Origin: Chrysomallon squamiferum
Lineage: Eukaryota > Animalia > Mollusca
DNA: 64,000 bases
Reading direction: 5' to 3'
Assembly (NCBI GenBank): GCA_012295275.1
Contig: CM022665.1
Coordinates: 9,920,001 to 9,984,000, forward strand
Part shown: positions 1 to 13,294 of the stretch, in pieces
Layout: each line of letters begins with the position of its first letter
How positions within the stretch are numbered: position 1 is the first letter of the stretch
Program-made: the position numbers and the translations under genes
Notes under the pieces: generated by a model
What the model saw: the letters and a program-made list of their open reading frames with translations, nothing else
Database searches by the model: none
What the model was told of the DNA's origin: nothing

Positions 1-599
1 TTTAAATTAACTAATTCTTGGATTTGGATTTTTCAGAAACGTCCATTTTTCTTTCTACTGAAATCACTTGGGTATAAACTTCAAAATGTTCAGTTCTAGG
101 TCCCGTATTTTTTATACGTAACCCAATTCAAAGTGAAAGTTTTTTCTTCTTCCTTTCTTCCCTATGTTTTTTTTTTTTTTTTTTTTTAAATTAATCTTTT
201 TTTTTCTTTTTTTTTTTCTTCTTTTTTTTTATTGTGGTGATCTGTATTTCGTCTGAAGTTGAAGTTAGGTAGACATACAATGATGTCACTTAAATCCATT
301 ACCTAGTGGTATAGGTCATTAAATTTTATATGGGAACTAGCATGATAAAAAAAAAGAGCATCACTAACAATTTTGATATTTGTTAACACGATTCCTCATG
401 GATGGTTGAAAGAAGTGGATCAGTATAATGGTCGTGTACGTGTTTCATGTATTCACTGATGAAAAATGTAAAACAAAATAGATATATATATATATATATT
501 TATCCATCCTGTCATCCATATATGCATCTCATGGTGAAGTGTCCAGAACAAGATTTATCTATTTATCAATACATCCTAGCTGTTCACAGGTTTGAATTA

Positions 600-855
600 C
601 CATGATAGAGCACTAAGGCGTGATAAGTCGAAGGATGAGTTCTTCCCGATTCTTCCAGTGAACTGTTTTTCTCATTCCAGCTGGTGCCTTTGACTTGTTT
701 TTAAAGGGGATTAACAAACAAGAAAAATAAAAAAAACAAAAATCCCTTGCTACAAATCAATAAAGAGTCTATAGCAGGCGACAGCTCTTTGTGTCTACGG
801 ACATTAATCAAGCATATTACCGTATAATTAAAAAATATGTCAAGTACATCATTAA
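600..855 (+). mobile_element. Relic of the same SINE family
   Basis: AATCCCTTGCTACAAATC is the reverse complement of the family core; similar flanking blocks. Confidence 0.5.
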
Positions 856-1267
856 ATGAATTACAACTTTTCTTACTAACGTTTAAAAAAAAAAAAAAAA
901 AAAACAGTTTTCGATCTCTCAGTAGTTATATATCCGTAATTAAGTTCAACTGAATTTTGATTTTATTTTTTTTGTTTTAAAAATCATTTTCAGAAAATGA
1001 AATTCCTCTATCCTAAAAGTTCAATTAACTGAAAATAATGATTTAAGTTCTTTTTCCTTTTTTTTTTTATTTTTTTTTTTTTAAATTTTTCAATGTAATT
1101 TCACCAGTGAATTGAACGCAATGGGCAATATAATTGCTTTCTACATAGTAACTATGTTAATTCTCTCTTCACGTTTGGCAAGAAAGGATAACGTTTTTAT
1201 TATTTTTATTATTATTTTTATTTTTATTATTTAGTTATTTTACTGTTTATTTTATTTTATTTTATTT

Positions 1268-1296
<29 letters not shown>

Positions 1297-1302
<6 letters not shown>

Positions 1303-1469
1303 ACTGAATATATATGTGATTAAACACTGAACAGCACGAAAACTTCTTCGAAGATGAGGTTTGGTCTCATCGCTAAATTACATACATACACACATATATG
1401 CAAATATAATCTAGTTAATAATTAATACAGTTAGGAATAAGAGACATGCATGGAATGAATTTCAAACAT
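1297..1469. repeat. Dispersed ~150-170 bp repeat, copy 1 (copy 2 at 27504-27648)
   Basis: TTAATTACTGAAT..TATGTGATTAAA.ACTGAA...TCTCATCGCTAAATTACATACAT...AATAAGAGACA...ATTTCAAACAT in both copies; both follow T-rich tracts. Confidence 0.85.
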
Positions 1470-2454
1470 CTATCTAAATGGTTGCATTACTACACATTTG
1501 GAGTGATTTAGTCCATTATTTTTTATTACAAATAAATCGAAGTTTAATTATATTTGAAATACGACCATTAGTATTACGACTACAAGACTACAACTACTAC
1601 TACAACTGTTACTACTAAAACTACTACTGCTATTGCTACTACTATCACTACTACTACAACAGCAACAACACAACTACTACTACTACTAGTACTGTACTCC
1701 TACTACTGCTAATAACAATAATGAAGATTTATTTATTTATTTATTTATTTACTCATTTATTTTTGCCTCCTTAAACACGCCTGCCACTTGGTCATGGTGA
1801 ATAAATAGCAATTAGTATCATAGAATTCCGCAAAGGGGTCAGAAAACGAACAGAAAAATAAGTCTGATCTGTTGACTCGATGCAGTACTGCATTATTAAC
1901 TTCGTTAATTCTGAGACATTAACTTTGTCAAAAGCTGTGATTTAAGTGACAAACAATTTCCGGTTTCTTTCAACTAACCGTAAGTGACTTTGTGAGAATA
2001 TGAATGTGCATTCAGGATTTTTTTTTTTTTCTTCATATTTAGGTGTTTTTCTTTTTGTGTAAGGAATTTTTATTTAGGGAAAGATTTTTTTTTTTTTTTT
2101 TTTTTTCTTTCAGAAATTAAGCGTCATCACTTGATTTGACACACAGTAATCGTTATTCTCGTCGATTTAGTGTGTTTGTATCTGACGTGTTATTTCTAAG
2201 ACCACATTGATTTTTATAATCATGTTTTTTTTATACAAACCGTCATTGAATATATAGATGCTTATAAACCGCAGAGCAACCTTTTGGAGAGAAGGGTGCA
2301 GACAGCTATGCAGTGTTTTAGAGGAGGGCCAAGATATAAAAATTTATTATATATTTATATACACATGAATAACTGAATGACTGGCTGTTTGAAAAACATT
2401 CAAAATATTTTAATACAACATTTATCAACAGGCAGTCACACATAACATGACAAA

Positions 2455-2600
2455 AAACACTCGCTCTGGCTAATACCCGTGTTTAGGGCATTGGTTAGCA
2501 GCAAGGGTTCATTTATGTGCACCTTCCCATTGGCGGGATAGTACATACAGAAGTGTTTGAAAAACCAATACTGGAGAGGTAGCTGAAACATGTGATAGCA
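2455..2600 (-). mobile_element. Relic of the same SINE family
   Basis: TTAGCAGCAAGGGTTCATTTATGTGCACCTTCCCA...GGATAGTACATAC core. Confidence 0.6.
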
Positions 2601-3129
2601 CAATGGCATCCCAACATGCCTCAATTCAGCGTTCTAGCAGCAAAGCTTAATACAGATACCACACAATGTTTTCGATTTCCAGAAACCCGGCTTTAGAAGT
2701 GTTTCAGTTTGAATCTGTTAAATACAGTTTCGCTCTTTTTCTTTTCAGTGTTTATTTATTATATTTTAAGATTATGTTAAGCCTTGGTCCAGAAAACTGG
2801 AAAATCAAGAAATGTGTTCATTAATAGGACACCCAATCAAATAAACAGTTCTTTCCATTTGTCTCAAATTAAGAAGGCGAGAAAAATAGACAAGATCATT
2901 AATGAAACACAAGATGAATTTGGTCAGAGTGCCTTTGGTCAAAGCTATGCTTAATACGAAAAGTATAGTTTAATGTTCTAATTTAATTTATTGTAATATT
3001 AACAATATTATCTGACCATCTGTGAAAGTCAGTATACCAAGAGAAAAACAAAGCCAAAAATATCTTGTAATTTTTTAATGATTCAGTAGCCTACCAAGTC
3101 AAATTTAGATTTCCTATTAATTATTTAAG

Positions 3130-3424
3130 AAAGGTAGAAGAAATACTTTATTTAACACACTTTTAATCTACAGTTACATACGACAACGAGACAAGAAGCC
3201 TTCAGCTACGCATTGGGTTATTCTTTTTTTTCTGTCTAGTAGCAAGATATTTTTTATATGTGAACCTTCCCACAAACAACACAGCATGTACCATTGCCTG
3301 TGATAAATTACAGTGGAACAGTGGTTGGAACGAAAACTAGCCCGATGATGTAACCGAGAAGGATTGATTCTGTAACCAGTCATTCATCAGGCCAGCGCTC
3401 TGCGACTGAGCATCAATCTGTCCC
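3130..3424 (-). mobile_element. Degenerate tRNA-derived SINE (most complete copy)
   Basis: Minus strand begins GGGACAGATTGATGCTCAGTCGCAGAGCGC...GAATCAATCC (A/B-box-like). Core TAG(C/T)AGCAAGGG..TTTTATATG..C..TCCCA shared with other copies in the window. Confidence 0.7.
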
Positions 3425-3870
3425 TTCTTTGAATAATGACTTCGTTCCGGATACAGAATCTGCGACATGCATCACGTTTTGGCTGAATGTAACCCTCAGA
3501 GAGAAAAAATGTGTCTTTGATCATGTTCAGCATGTAACACAATCACTTCTCGTCATCCATAATTAATAAGACGAAGTAAAAGAATCGTCTGTTTCTGTGT
3601 AGGCGTCATTAGTTTGCGTTTACAATGCGTCATTTTTGAATAGCAAGACGAAACGGTATATCCGACATTATTAACTACACGTTTAAATATGTATTTGATT
3701 GAAAGTGTTTATGTTAATATATCTCTAACATGCAATAGCCAGTGACTGTTAAAAGTAAGTGCTGTTTTGACAGGGAGCTGTCACTGTTGAGCATAAAATA
3801 GCCTGTTGATAAGGAAGCAGTTATGAAATGGCCTGTGTTTAACATAAAATAATTAGTAACTGACAGAAAT

Positions 3871-4036
3871 AGACAATATTTAACATTAAAAAATCAGCAA
3901 CTGACATAATGTAGTCCGTTTTTTACATAAAAGACAATATTTAACATAAAAAATAATCAGCAATTGACATAATGTAGTCCGTCTTTTACATAAAAATAGA
4001 CAATGATTAACATAAAATAATGAGCAACTGGCATAA
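3871..4036. repeat. Minisatellite, ~62-66 bp unit, about 2.6 copies
   Basis: AGACAATATTTAACATAAAA..AATCAGCAACTGACATAATGTAGTCCGT..TTTACATAAA repeated. Confidence 0.85.
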
Positions 4037-4392
4037 TAGAGCCAAATAATTCTTTTTGGATTTATCTCTGTTTATATTTATATTTTTTTTTCTGTGTGGT
4101 TTCTTGGATATAATGGTTTTGTGGTGTTAATATGTTTCATTATTAATAAAAATAAAAAATAAAAAAATAAAAAATATACAAATAAAGGTTTTATGACAAA
4201 AATAATCAGGTTTTTACCTTGACAAAAATAATCAGGTTTCTATTCAAGACATGTATTAATAATGTCTTACAAAAGAATTTAAAAATATCACATCAAAAAC
4301 TATATCAGCTGTCGTGAAATGAATACTTCAATAGTTATGTTCATTAATAAAATACATTACAGTTCAAATTAAAACACGATGAATATGGCCAA

Positions 4393-4441
<49 letters not shown>

Positions 4442-4911
4442 TTATATAATTAATAATAATAAATAAATAAAAAACAATCATAAAATTTATATTAAATTAA
4501 TATAGTGCGAGTTAGAAAACCATAAAGACCATAAATATTCTGATATTACGGTTAAAATGATTGGTTTAAAATGAAATGAGAAACAACTGAACTAAATGAA
4601 AAATACTCAGTGCCTAGTTCAATGTATTCACCAAATGAAATAAACTTTACATCTATTGTTAATTTTATTGATATTCCGCGCATTTTTTTATGGCCAGCAG
4701 AGAAATGAAATGAACGGTTTTGCTTTTAAAACGAAAAGAGCCAGACATTTATTTTCTCATATCTCCCTTGAGAAATCAAAATATTCATTTATTTAGTTTG
4801 TTATACATTAATTTTTTTTTATATATATATATATATATACATAACAGAAACGTTATTTTGAATGCATAATTCTTTGATAGCTTTCGGTTTATAGATGAAT
4901 CCCTTTTGTCG

Positions 4912-5400
4912 AATAAACAGTTTTTGTTATCTACCTAGTCCAGTGTCAGATGTTAATATATTATTTACAGTACGTCGTAATTATATTATGTTTCTTGATA
5001 TGTTCCTATTTTTATGGTCTAATGTTGAATATCATTTCAAAAATAAACAGTACTTGCCATCAACCTAATCCAGTATCAGACGCTAATATATTATTTACAG
5101 TACGATACATTACAATTATTATGTCAGTGTATTTTCCTATTTGTCTGATGGTCAAATGTTGAATATCGTTCCTAAAATAAAGAGATCTTGTTATCTGCCT
5201 AGTCTTATATTATAATTATTACGTTAAGTTTCTATTTTCATGTTTGCTCTAAAATTGAATATCGTTTCTAAAATAAACAGTTATTATTTATCTGTTCCAG
5301 TGTCATGTGTTGATATATAATTTACAATACGTTATATTATAATCATGTTCTTTTTAAGATATTTTCCTGTTTGTTGGGATATCATTTTCTGAGGTATCTG
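4912..5400. repeat. Degenerate tandem repeat, ~100-130 bp unit, about 4 copies
   Basis: AATAAACAG...TATCT.CCTAGTCCAGTGTCAGA...TATATTATTTACAGTACG...TTGAATATC recurs at about 4912, 5042, 5175 and 5272. Confidence 0.8.
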
Positions 5401-6131
5401 CCGATATTACATATTAATATATCACGTAAAGTGAAATGTTCAGATTTAGAATATTTTACAGTTTATACTAATTCAGTGTTGAATGCTATTTCTTGAATAA
5501 CTAGAGTCTTAAAGTATGTTATGTTACAATTACGCAAGTTTCTAGGAACTTGCCTCTTTTTACTGAACTGATGTTGCATCGGTATTTCAGTTGTGGTTAT
5601 CTCCTTGGTCAAATTTAGAATCATTTTCTTGAAGTAATAATCGCAAATTCAAATATACCTGTGGCAATTTTTGTACATTTTTATAATAATAACAGAAGCA
5701 TTCACAGAGGCTGCCATTTCCAGTGTTTTCATCTTGTTCCGTTTTGCGTGATGGGGCTCGGCTGTGACGTTATGTCGCACACAGAAATACAGGAAACGTT
5801 CTAACAAAAATATATTTAATGCGGATAATTTTTGTTGTTTATTTTTTAAAAAAAATTCTGTACGAAATTACGTCATCGTACAAATGATTACTAACAATCG
5901 ATGCTCATTTATTCGGGGTATTATTATTGTCTGGTATACTTTATTGTTAGCAAAGTTTGTCTCCACAAACACACACAAATAAAACGATTTCATGATATAT
6001 GATATAAAATGTATTTGACTGATCTAATCCGTACGACAAACTGACGTTAAGTATATCTCGTTCAGGACAGGACAAGACATTAACCATATTAAAGCAGTCT
6101 ATAAAATCTGTTTTTGTATCATTTTTCGTAG

Positions 6132-6370
6132 GTAAACGTTCAGACCCAGTAATGACAGAGGCGGAGGTGAAACGGATAAGAAGTAACTTACTGAGAAATC
6201 TTCTTACACGCAACTCGTACGAACCACGCGAAATTAAGGATACACAAAACGAATCGCAGATGACCGATGTTTCCGATTCTTTGAATTATAAAAACTACGA
6301 AATGGGCGGGGATGATACACCTGCCCGTGTCCCAGACGTCAATAGATTACTATCGCTGATGAGGCTATTG
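6132..6370 (+). CDS. Internal exon of putative neuropeptide/prohormone precursor
   Basis: Acceptor ttttcgtag|, donor TTG|gtaagt. Open frame (G)KRSDPVMTEAEVKRIRSNLL...VPDVNRLLSLMRLL, phase 1 in, phase 0 out, with dibasic KR sites. Upstream exon not found in the window. Confidence 0.65.
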
Positions 6371-6738
6371 GTAAGTAGCAGTCTAAGCCAAAAAAAAAAA
6401 ATAATAATAATAATAATAATAATTAATAATTAAAGAACTAAACAGATAAATAGAAGTCGGATCTGTCTTCACTCTATGAGATTTGTTTATCCCGTATTCG
6501 GCCTGTCCGTGTCCCATATATCATATCTCTATCTATCTATCTATCTATCTATCTCTCTCTCTCTATATATGTCTGTCTGTCTGTCCGTCTGTCTGTGTGT
6601 CTACATATACACACACGCACATTTCTTACACAAGTCATACAGTAACGATTTATCGAACACGTTTTAATGCTCAAGTGTAATATAATGATTTTTATAAAAC
6701 ATACATTTTGAAATTCAGTCAAATCATATGTATGTATG

Positions 6739-6773
<35 letters not shown>

Positions 6774-7648
6774 TTTAATGTACGACAAGTTAATATTAGA
6801 AATACTAGACTGTGATTCATAAAAGGATACTGTCTGTTACAACACTTCGTTAAGCACTTAATCCGAAGCTTAGCGACAATTATTGACAGATTAATTTCAT
6901 ATTGTTATACAAGCTTTTGCCGTGTAAAAATCTTAATCAAATGTCTGAATGCCACATAGGAGTGATCGTTTCATTAGAGAAATGCATTTCAATTAACACA
7001 CACTCCTACATAAATACTTAATTACACCACGCTATTACTTCCCCTAGAGACCCTTGTGCAAAACAGTTTTCATTTGGCGTGGATTAGCAACGCTGCATTG
7101 TGACGATGGAAGTTCTGCAGACAAACGTCTCCTTGACTCATGCTAATATAAACGTGCAGATGTAGTGTCACGCAAACAAACAATCACTCCAAGTCGAATG
7201 CATTTGTCATGCGTCTCTCAGCCGTTGGCGACAGCGACCACTCATACGACAACACCTGACAGTCGTCCTGGTCTGGAAAGTATGATAAATGACCAAGGCT
7301 GGACGTTGGCCTTGCGTGAAATTAGCGGAAAATAACACGAATTGGCAATACAGGCAGGCAATCAAGACAGGTGTTTCTAACAGAAGAAACAAAAACAAAA
7401 AACACCAACTGTAAGGCACCTGCTTTTATTTCAGTGGGAATGTAATGAGATCGATCCTTTTCGGTCGACCCATTGGTTTATTTCCAGTTCAACCACGACT
7501 GAAACTCTTCTCAGTCGATACACTGTTATTTATCATTCCTTCAGTGACCAACGACTGCACTGTCAAAGTGTCAAAGGTCGTTTTTATAATCTCCATAACG
7601 GCTTAAGAGATGCAATAGGTTTTCCCTGTCACACTCCTGATATATATA

Positions 7649-7698
7649 TTTCTGTTAATGTTTAGCTATATATATATATAGCTAAACATTAACAGAAA
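7649..7698. repeat. Perfect 50-bp palindrome centred on (TA)7
   Basis: TTTCTGTTAATGTTTAGC-(TA)7-GCTAAACATTAACAGAAA. Confidence 0.95.
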
Positions 7699-9703
7699 AA
7701 TTAATCATTTGCTGCTTTCTTTTCGAATGCATGTCCTATGACAAGAACTAAAATGCCCCTCTTAAAACTATGCTGTACCTTGTCTTTCAAGAACAAACAA
7801 CTCGTGGCTGGTTTTACCATAAACTGGAATTAAGTGGTTACAGTTTATGCCTAGGTCGTTACTGGTTGCAGTATCAACGGTGTTATAAGACATTATTAAC
7901 CAGGAGAAACTAACAATTATGTCCTTTCGTTCAATGAAATCCTCTCTCTTAAGTAAAATATTTGGCTTTTGGAACAAAATAGATTGCAATATTTGTCGTA
8001 TTGTTTATTAAATTATCTGTATCACATAATACTGTAATCTGTTGTTATTAATATCGACAGTATCAGTTATCACGTCAATGAAATAAACGTTTTTGGCTAA
8101 TTTCTCTGGCGATCCTTGCAAACTGAATCAAATCATATTTAAGACATTTTGAGAATAAATCTCCATTATAAAACTTAATTCATTTGGTCCAACATGTTTC
8201 AGAGTTATTTTTATTTATTTTTATTTTTTTAAAGTGTTACTGCACTTGATGAAGATGTTAGATATTTTCTTAAGTTGCAAAATGTGTCTAATTTGATTCT
8301 GAGTGACCAGGTCTTACCAGAACACGGCGGTCTCAACTAGTTCCAATCTAAAAACGCACTAGATTCTATTTACGTACGAAATAAAGACTAGCGTGAAGTG
8401 TTTGTTGTAAGCATTTCAGTGATGTGGAGTGTTCTTTATTAAATACCACACAGTAATGGATTTGCTCTTATAAAAATTACGAATTTTTCAACCGAATAAT
8501 TCTGATTTCTTTTTATTAAACATTAATCTAAATAACAGACGTAAAATGTTTTGATTCTTGTATTTGATCGTGCAGAATATGATAAAGGTCCCGAATCTAT
8601 ATTCATTTAAAATATTACATTGAAAATGTTCTTCAATTGTAATTTTGCAAGAATATTATTATATATATTATTTATATTTGTTTTAATTATTTATTTATTT
8701 ATTTGCATTTTGCGTTTTATTGTTTAATTGTTGTTGTTGTTTTGTTTGGGTTTTTTTTTGTTATTTGTAGTTGGGTTTTTTTTCAATTTTCTTTTTCGTT
8801 TTATTATTTCTGTCTGTATGGATGTGTGTATGTGTCTGTACGTAGTATGTATATGTGTATATATATATTCTTCCTTTTCATCTTGCTATGATTTAAAGAC
8901 CGGTTCTGGAGTGGCTTGGTTTGGATTACACCACCCACATTCTCATCCCAAACTGCGCAGTTACAGACCTCTGCGACCAAGCCTAAAACAGGATAGTTTC
9001 TCTTGACTTTTTTTTCGAATTTCCGTTATTTCTGCTTCTTCATTTTCCTTTTCTCTGTCTGCGTTCATAAGGACACGTCATCCATATATCCTGAAAGAGC
9101 TTAGTGGGAAGCGAGCATCTCGTTTTGCATTTTTGTATTATTCAAACTGATTCATCGGCGGGTTCAGTTCGGCACTAATATATCGATGACCGATAATATT
9201 GACGAGATGGCGAAGACTTGAATAATAAAGTCCAATAAATCAAATACCGTAAACCCTCTAACATCAGACATTTCCTATACGAAGGTACGTGCAATGTCAG
9301 ACAAATTCTGTTCCGGTGTATGAAAATAATAGTGGTTCCATTAAGTGGTGTTCTGGTTTGTTGAGAACTTTTTTTTATAATTACGCGTAATTAGTAGTTT
9401 CTGTAATACGTACTAATTACCCTAAGTTCGGACACAAATGACTGATTTAGAAATTAATTTTTGAGCTAAATATCTTGATAATATCGTTTTCTTTTTTTTT
9501 CTGTTAAAGAAACAAGAATATTGAACCATTGTTTTCGTGACATTTGCACTTTTATGTTGCTCTGAATTCCAGACTTTACATTACAGCAGAATTCATAGAT
9601 TCAATAATGTCTTAGGCAAAACATTGCTAGCATTACATACATGTGGTACCTTTTATCCGGTAAAACATTAGTTTGATTAGGTTAAGAATAAACTTACATT
9701 GTC

Positions 9704-9892
9704 ATACATACAAACACACATACATACATACGTACACGCGTACACATACATAATTTACATACACGCACACGTACACATGCATCCATATAAATATACATAT
9801 ACATACACATACAAACATACACATACATATACTCATACAAACATACAGACGTACACACACATTCATACACACGTACACACACACACACACAT
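9704..9892. repeat. (CA)/(TACA)n compound microsatellite
   Basis: Direct inspection; source of spurious His/Thr/Tyr ORFs. Confidence 0.95.
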
Positions 9893-10739
9893 ATCGACAA
9901 ATCTGCGGCAAGCACTGAAATTGCACGCCTGTTCAAAAAATCTGGCACCCATGTTTTAGATAACTTTATCAAAATATCAGCTCAAAAATACCATGACTGG
10001 AATTACTGTCTATGGATGTTCAGAGCGTAATCATACGACAACAGAATATTCGTTCCAAAACGTATACAGTAGATGAAAATTCTGACGTTAGTTAATTTTA
10101 TACTCGCGTATCTCGGTGAGAAAAATGCCTTTGGATTATTAGGGAAATGACATTTGTGAATGTCATGTTTATTTAGCCAATTCTTGTAAATTTTAAACTG
10201 ACAAAAAAGTAAGTAAAGCATTTATCGGTGTTGGTTATACGATGCGTGCGTGACACAGTCAATAAAGGTTAAGTGTTTTGTCAAGTTAGAAAGTATATGT
10301 AATGAAGTTCTGTTAAAAACATTCAGTCATTTGCTGTTCCGAATGACAAGTCAGGGCAACGTTTCATCTCCAGAGACAACAATGTACAGTTTCGTATTTG
10401 TCAAAGAAATTTTTAAAATACAAAACTGAGAAAATTGATTCCTTTGTAGAACTGATAGTGTAAGGGGGAAAAAAAGAAGAAAAAAAGAAGATATAATAAA
10501 TGTTTATATAGATTAATATTTTATTTTATATTTGGATTTATATTTTTGTTCTATGTAATTATAAAGTAATTTAAATTTTCATTATTCTATGGTTATTTAT
10601 TTATTTATTTGTTTGTTTGTTTGTTTGTTTGTTTGTTTATGTTTATTTTTATTTATTTTATTTTATTTTATACATTAATTTATTTATTTTATATTTTTTT
10701 TACTTTTTGTTATTGTTATTGTTGTTGTTGTTGTTTTTG

Positions 10740-11085
10740 TTATTATTAATATTTATTATCATTCTTACATAGCTTCTTCTTATATGAAGCACTTTTTTGT
10801 TCTTTGTTCTTTTCTCTTTTGTCAATAATCCTTTTAAATCTTTGCAAAAAATATTGATATTTGACTCATACACCAAATTTTGTTATACCCCGTTCCTGAA
10901 TAGATGTACAAATGGACATACACACACACTATATGCGCGCGCGCGCGCGCGTGTGTGCTGGATTTTTTATAATCGATATTCGTCTTTTTGAGATATTTGT
11001 ATTTAAAAAATAAAATTTAAAAACAAAACCCCAACTACCCGATATATACAATGTGATATAGAAATATACACTTAAAAGCGGACAA

Positions 11086-11121
<36 letters not shown>

Positions 11122-11430
11122 TACGACAGTGCCCGAAATGATTAATGTTGCTTTGATCTTTGCTGTGGAAACAAAAGCAAGGTAGCAAATTTAACGCATG
11201 CTACACGGAAGAACGAAATCTGTCGTTGTTGTTTTTTTTAACACAATTTCATTTTAAAATAATTATATTTTAATTCAGAGGAAACTCACATCATTATTTT
11301 CATTACATTTTCGTTTCATTTCCTCTCCATCTTTTTCATTTATTTAATTTATTTTTTGAAGTTCTTTGATCTTGCACTGGAATCTTCAAATTATTATTTA
11401 CTTTTCTGTTTCCATTTTCTCTCAATTCAA
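10740..11430 (+). repeat. Long inverted repeat, left copy (partner about 20519-21045)
   Basis: TTGCTTTGATCTTTGCTGTGGAAACAAA and TTTCGTTTCATTTCCTCTCCATCTTTTTCATTTATTTAATTTATTTTTTGAAGTTCTTT occur exactly as reverse complements at 20582-20788. Confidence 0.9.
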
Positions 11431-11883
11431 AAAAAAAAAAAAAAAAAAAAATGGACAAATAATTGTGTTTGAATTATTGAGATTTTCTTTTAATGATCTG
11501 TGTTCAATTTTTAGTTAGCAGAATAAATGCAGGTTCATTATTCGGCAAGAAAACAATTTTCGATTATTTTTTTTTTCTTATAATATTGAGAAGCTTGGGA
11601 AGCTTCAAGATGCAAGGGGGATCAAAAAAAAAAAAAAAAAAAAAAAAAAACGCTTCTGTTGGTCCCAAGCATTAAAAGTCCAAATGAAACAGAGGCCATA
11701 GATCCTCTTTAAAAACAGTAAATTGAATTATTATTCAAAACACGTATTATTATTATTATTATTATTATTATTACTACTATTACTACTGATAAAGGAAAAT
11801 GCCTTGGTTTTGACAATCTTTGAAATAAGTACAAACTTTATGATTGTGAAAACATGTAGTTAGTTTCGTGTAATGCTTCATAT

Positions 11884-12176
11884 CAGACATGGGCAACGTT
11901 TTTCGAGAAGCGGGCCACAGGAGACATGGCTCATCCTCAGGCGGGCCGCAGTTACTAATTTAGGCGATTTTGTGTTTTTACGTAGAGTTTATTTTAAGAA
12001 ATTTTTCATTTGCATTTACTTCAGGAACTGTTATAATAAAAAAAATTACATGTGTTTTAATATATTAGTAGAAACTAAATATACTCATTTTATGAAATTT
12101 GAATTAACGTTATTTTCCTTGTGAAATTAGGGCGGCCACTCAGAAAGCGGCGCGGGCCGCAGTTTGCCCTTGACTG
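11884..12176. mobile_element. Non-autonomous hAT (Charlie-like) MITE, 293 bp
   Basis: TIRs CAGACATGGGCAAC / GTTTGCCCTTGACTG. 8-bp TSD CTTCATAT / CTTTATAT (7/8). Subterminal GCGGGCC repeats. Confidence 0.85.
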
Positions 12177-12460
12177 CTTTATATACTGTACAGCAATGTT
12201 ATGTTAGATTTTGCAACATCCTGCACAACACTTTCAGAGATACGTTTGTCATTCACACACAATGTCGTTAACTTTCGGGGATATTTATTTAACAAACTCG
12301 CTAATTCGGTCGCCTTTCTGTAGCGTCATTAATATTCAGACATTTTTATTTAACAAATCTGTCGATTCTGACACCCTTCTACAAACGTGGCTAGATTTTC
12401 CTTGTTTAGCGCCGTTTAGGTAAAAATATCGTTATGAAAATATTATTGTTACGAAAATAT

Positions 12461-12491
<31 letters not shown>

Positions 12492-13240
12492 TATCGGATA
12501 TTTTAGATTGATTATAAAATCGATTCTTTATTCTTAGCAAACCGGTTACTTAAAAGCAGCAGTTTTTTTTTGTTGTTGTTTTTCTGTAATGTTGTTCTTG
12601 TTACCAAAACAAATCATACTCGACATACTGGATATAAACAGCACTGATGTATCGTTAAATAAATATTCGTTCTTGTTTTCTCACAAAATTGTTATAAGAA
12701 GTAAACAATCTGCCTGTGTAAATAAGTAAATAAAAAAAATAATAAATAAATACATCTCGTTGAAATTTTCTTTGTGCATCAAAATTCGGAAGCTTTTAAA
12801 AGCAACGCGTATTTTATTTTTCTTTGTATTAGAATCCATCAGTGCATCTTTATTCATTTAATAGACATCTTTTTATTATTGCATTTCATTAAATGCTCAT
12901 TCAACCCTTTGTAATTAGTTTTGTTTTCATTTTAACCTTTAAAAGATTGTATTTGTGTAGAAAACTTTAATATTGTGTTTTAGTGTGGTTTTTGAAAAAT
13001 ATTTGCAAAAACGATTATCGTTATGTCGAAACTTTTGATGATTTTTTTTTTTTTTTTTTCCGTCTACGAAATATTTCTTATAATATCTATACCGTTGTGA
13101 TGATAATGGTATTTTTCATAGACCAAATTTAATTTGTCACTTTATAAGAATTGTAAAATAACACCAGCCAAAAAATAAGAAATCTGATCTGTTTTGATAA
13201 TAATATTGAGAAGAGTTTTTCACTGCATGAGAATAATAAC

Positions 13241-13294
<54 letters not shown>

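Noticed and set aside
3360-3424. tRNA gene
   Set aside because: Only degenerate A/B-box remnants of a SINE head; no cloverleaf.
3871-5400. Regularly spaced repeats as a CRISPR-like array
   Set aside because: Whole units are homologous with no unique spacers, there are no cas genes, and the context is eukaryotic; ordinary minisatellites.
1-6131. Signal-peptide exon for the putative precursor
   Set aside because: No ATG plus hydrophobic stretch plus phase-1 donor found by eye; it presumably lies upstream of the window.
9694-9972. Cys/Val/Tyr/Met- or His/Thr-rich ORFs here and at 6476-6788, 15534-15743, 21181-21462 and 39417-39959
   Set aside because: Translations of (CA)/(TACA)n microsatellites; not genes.
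9280-10272. piggyBac-like end (AAAGGTTAA at ~10270) and short inverted matches 9457-9481 / 9966-9989
   Set aside because: No matching left TIR found and the inverted blocks are not properly nested.
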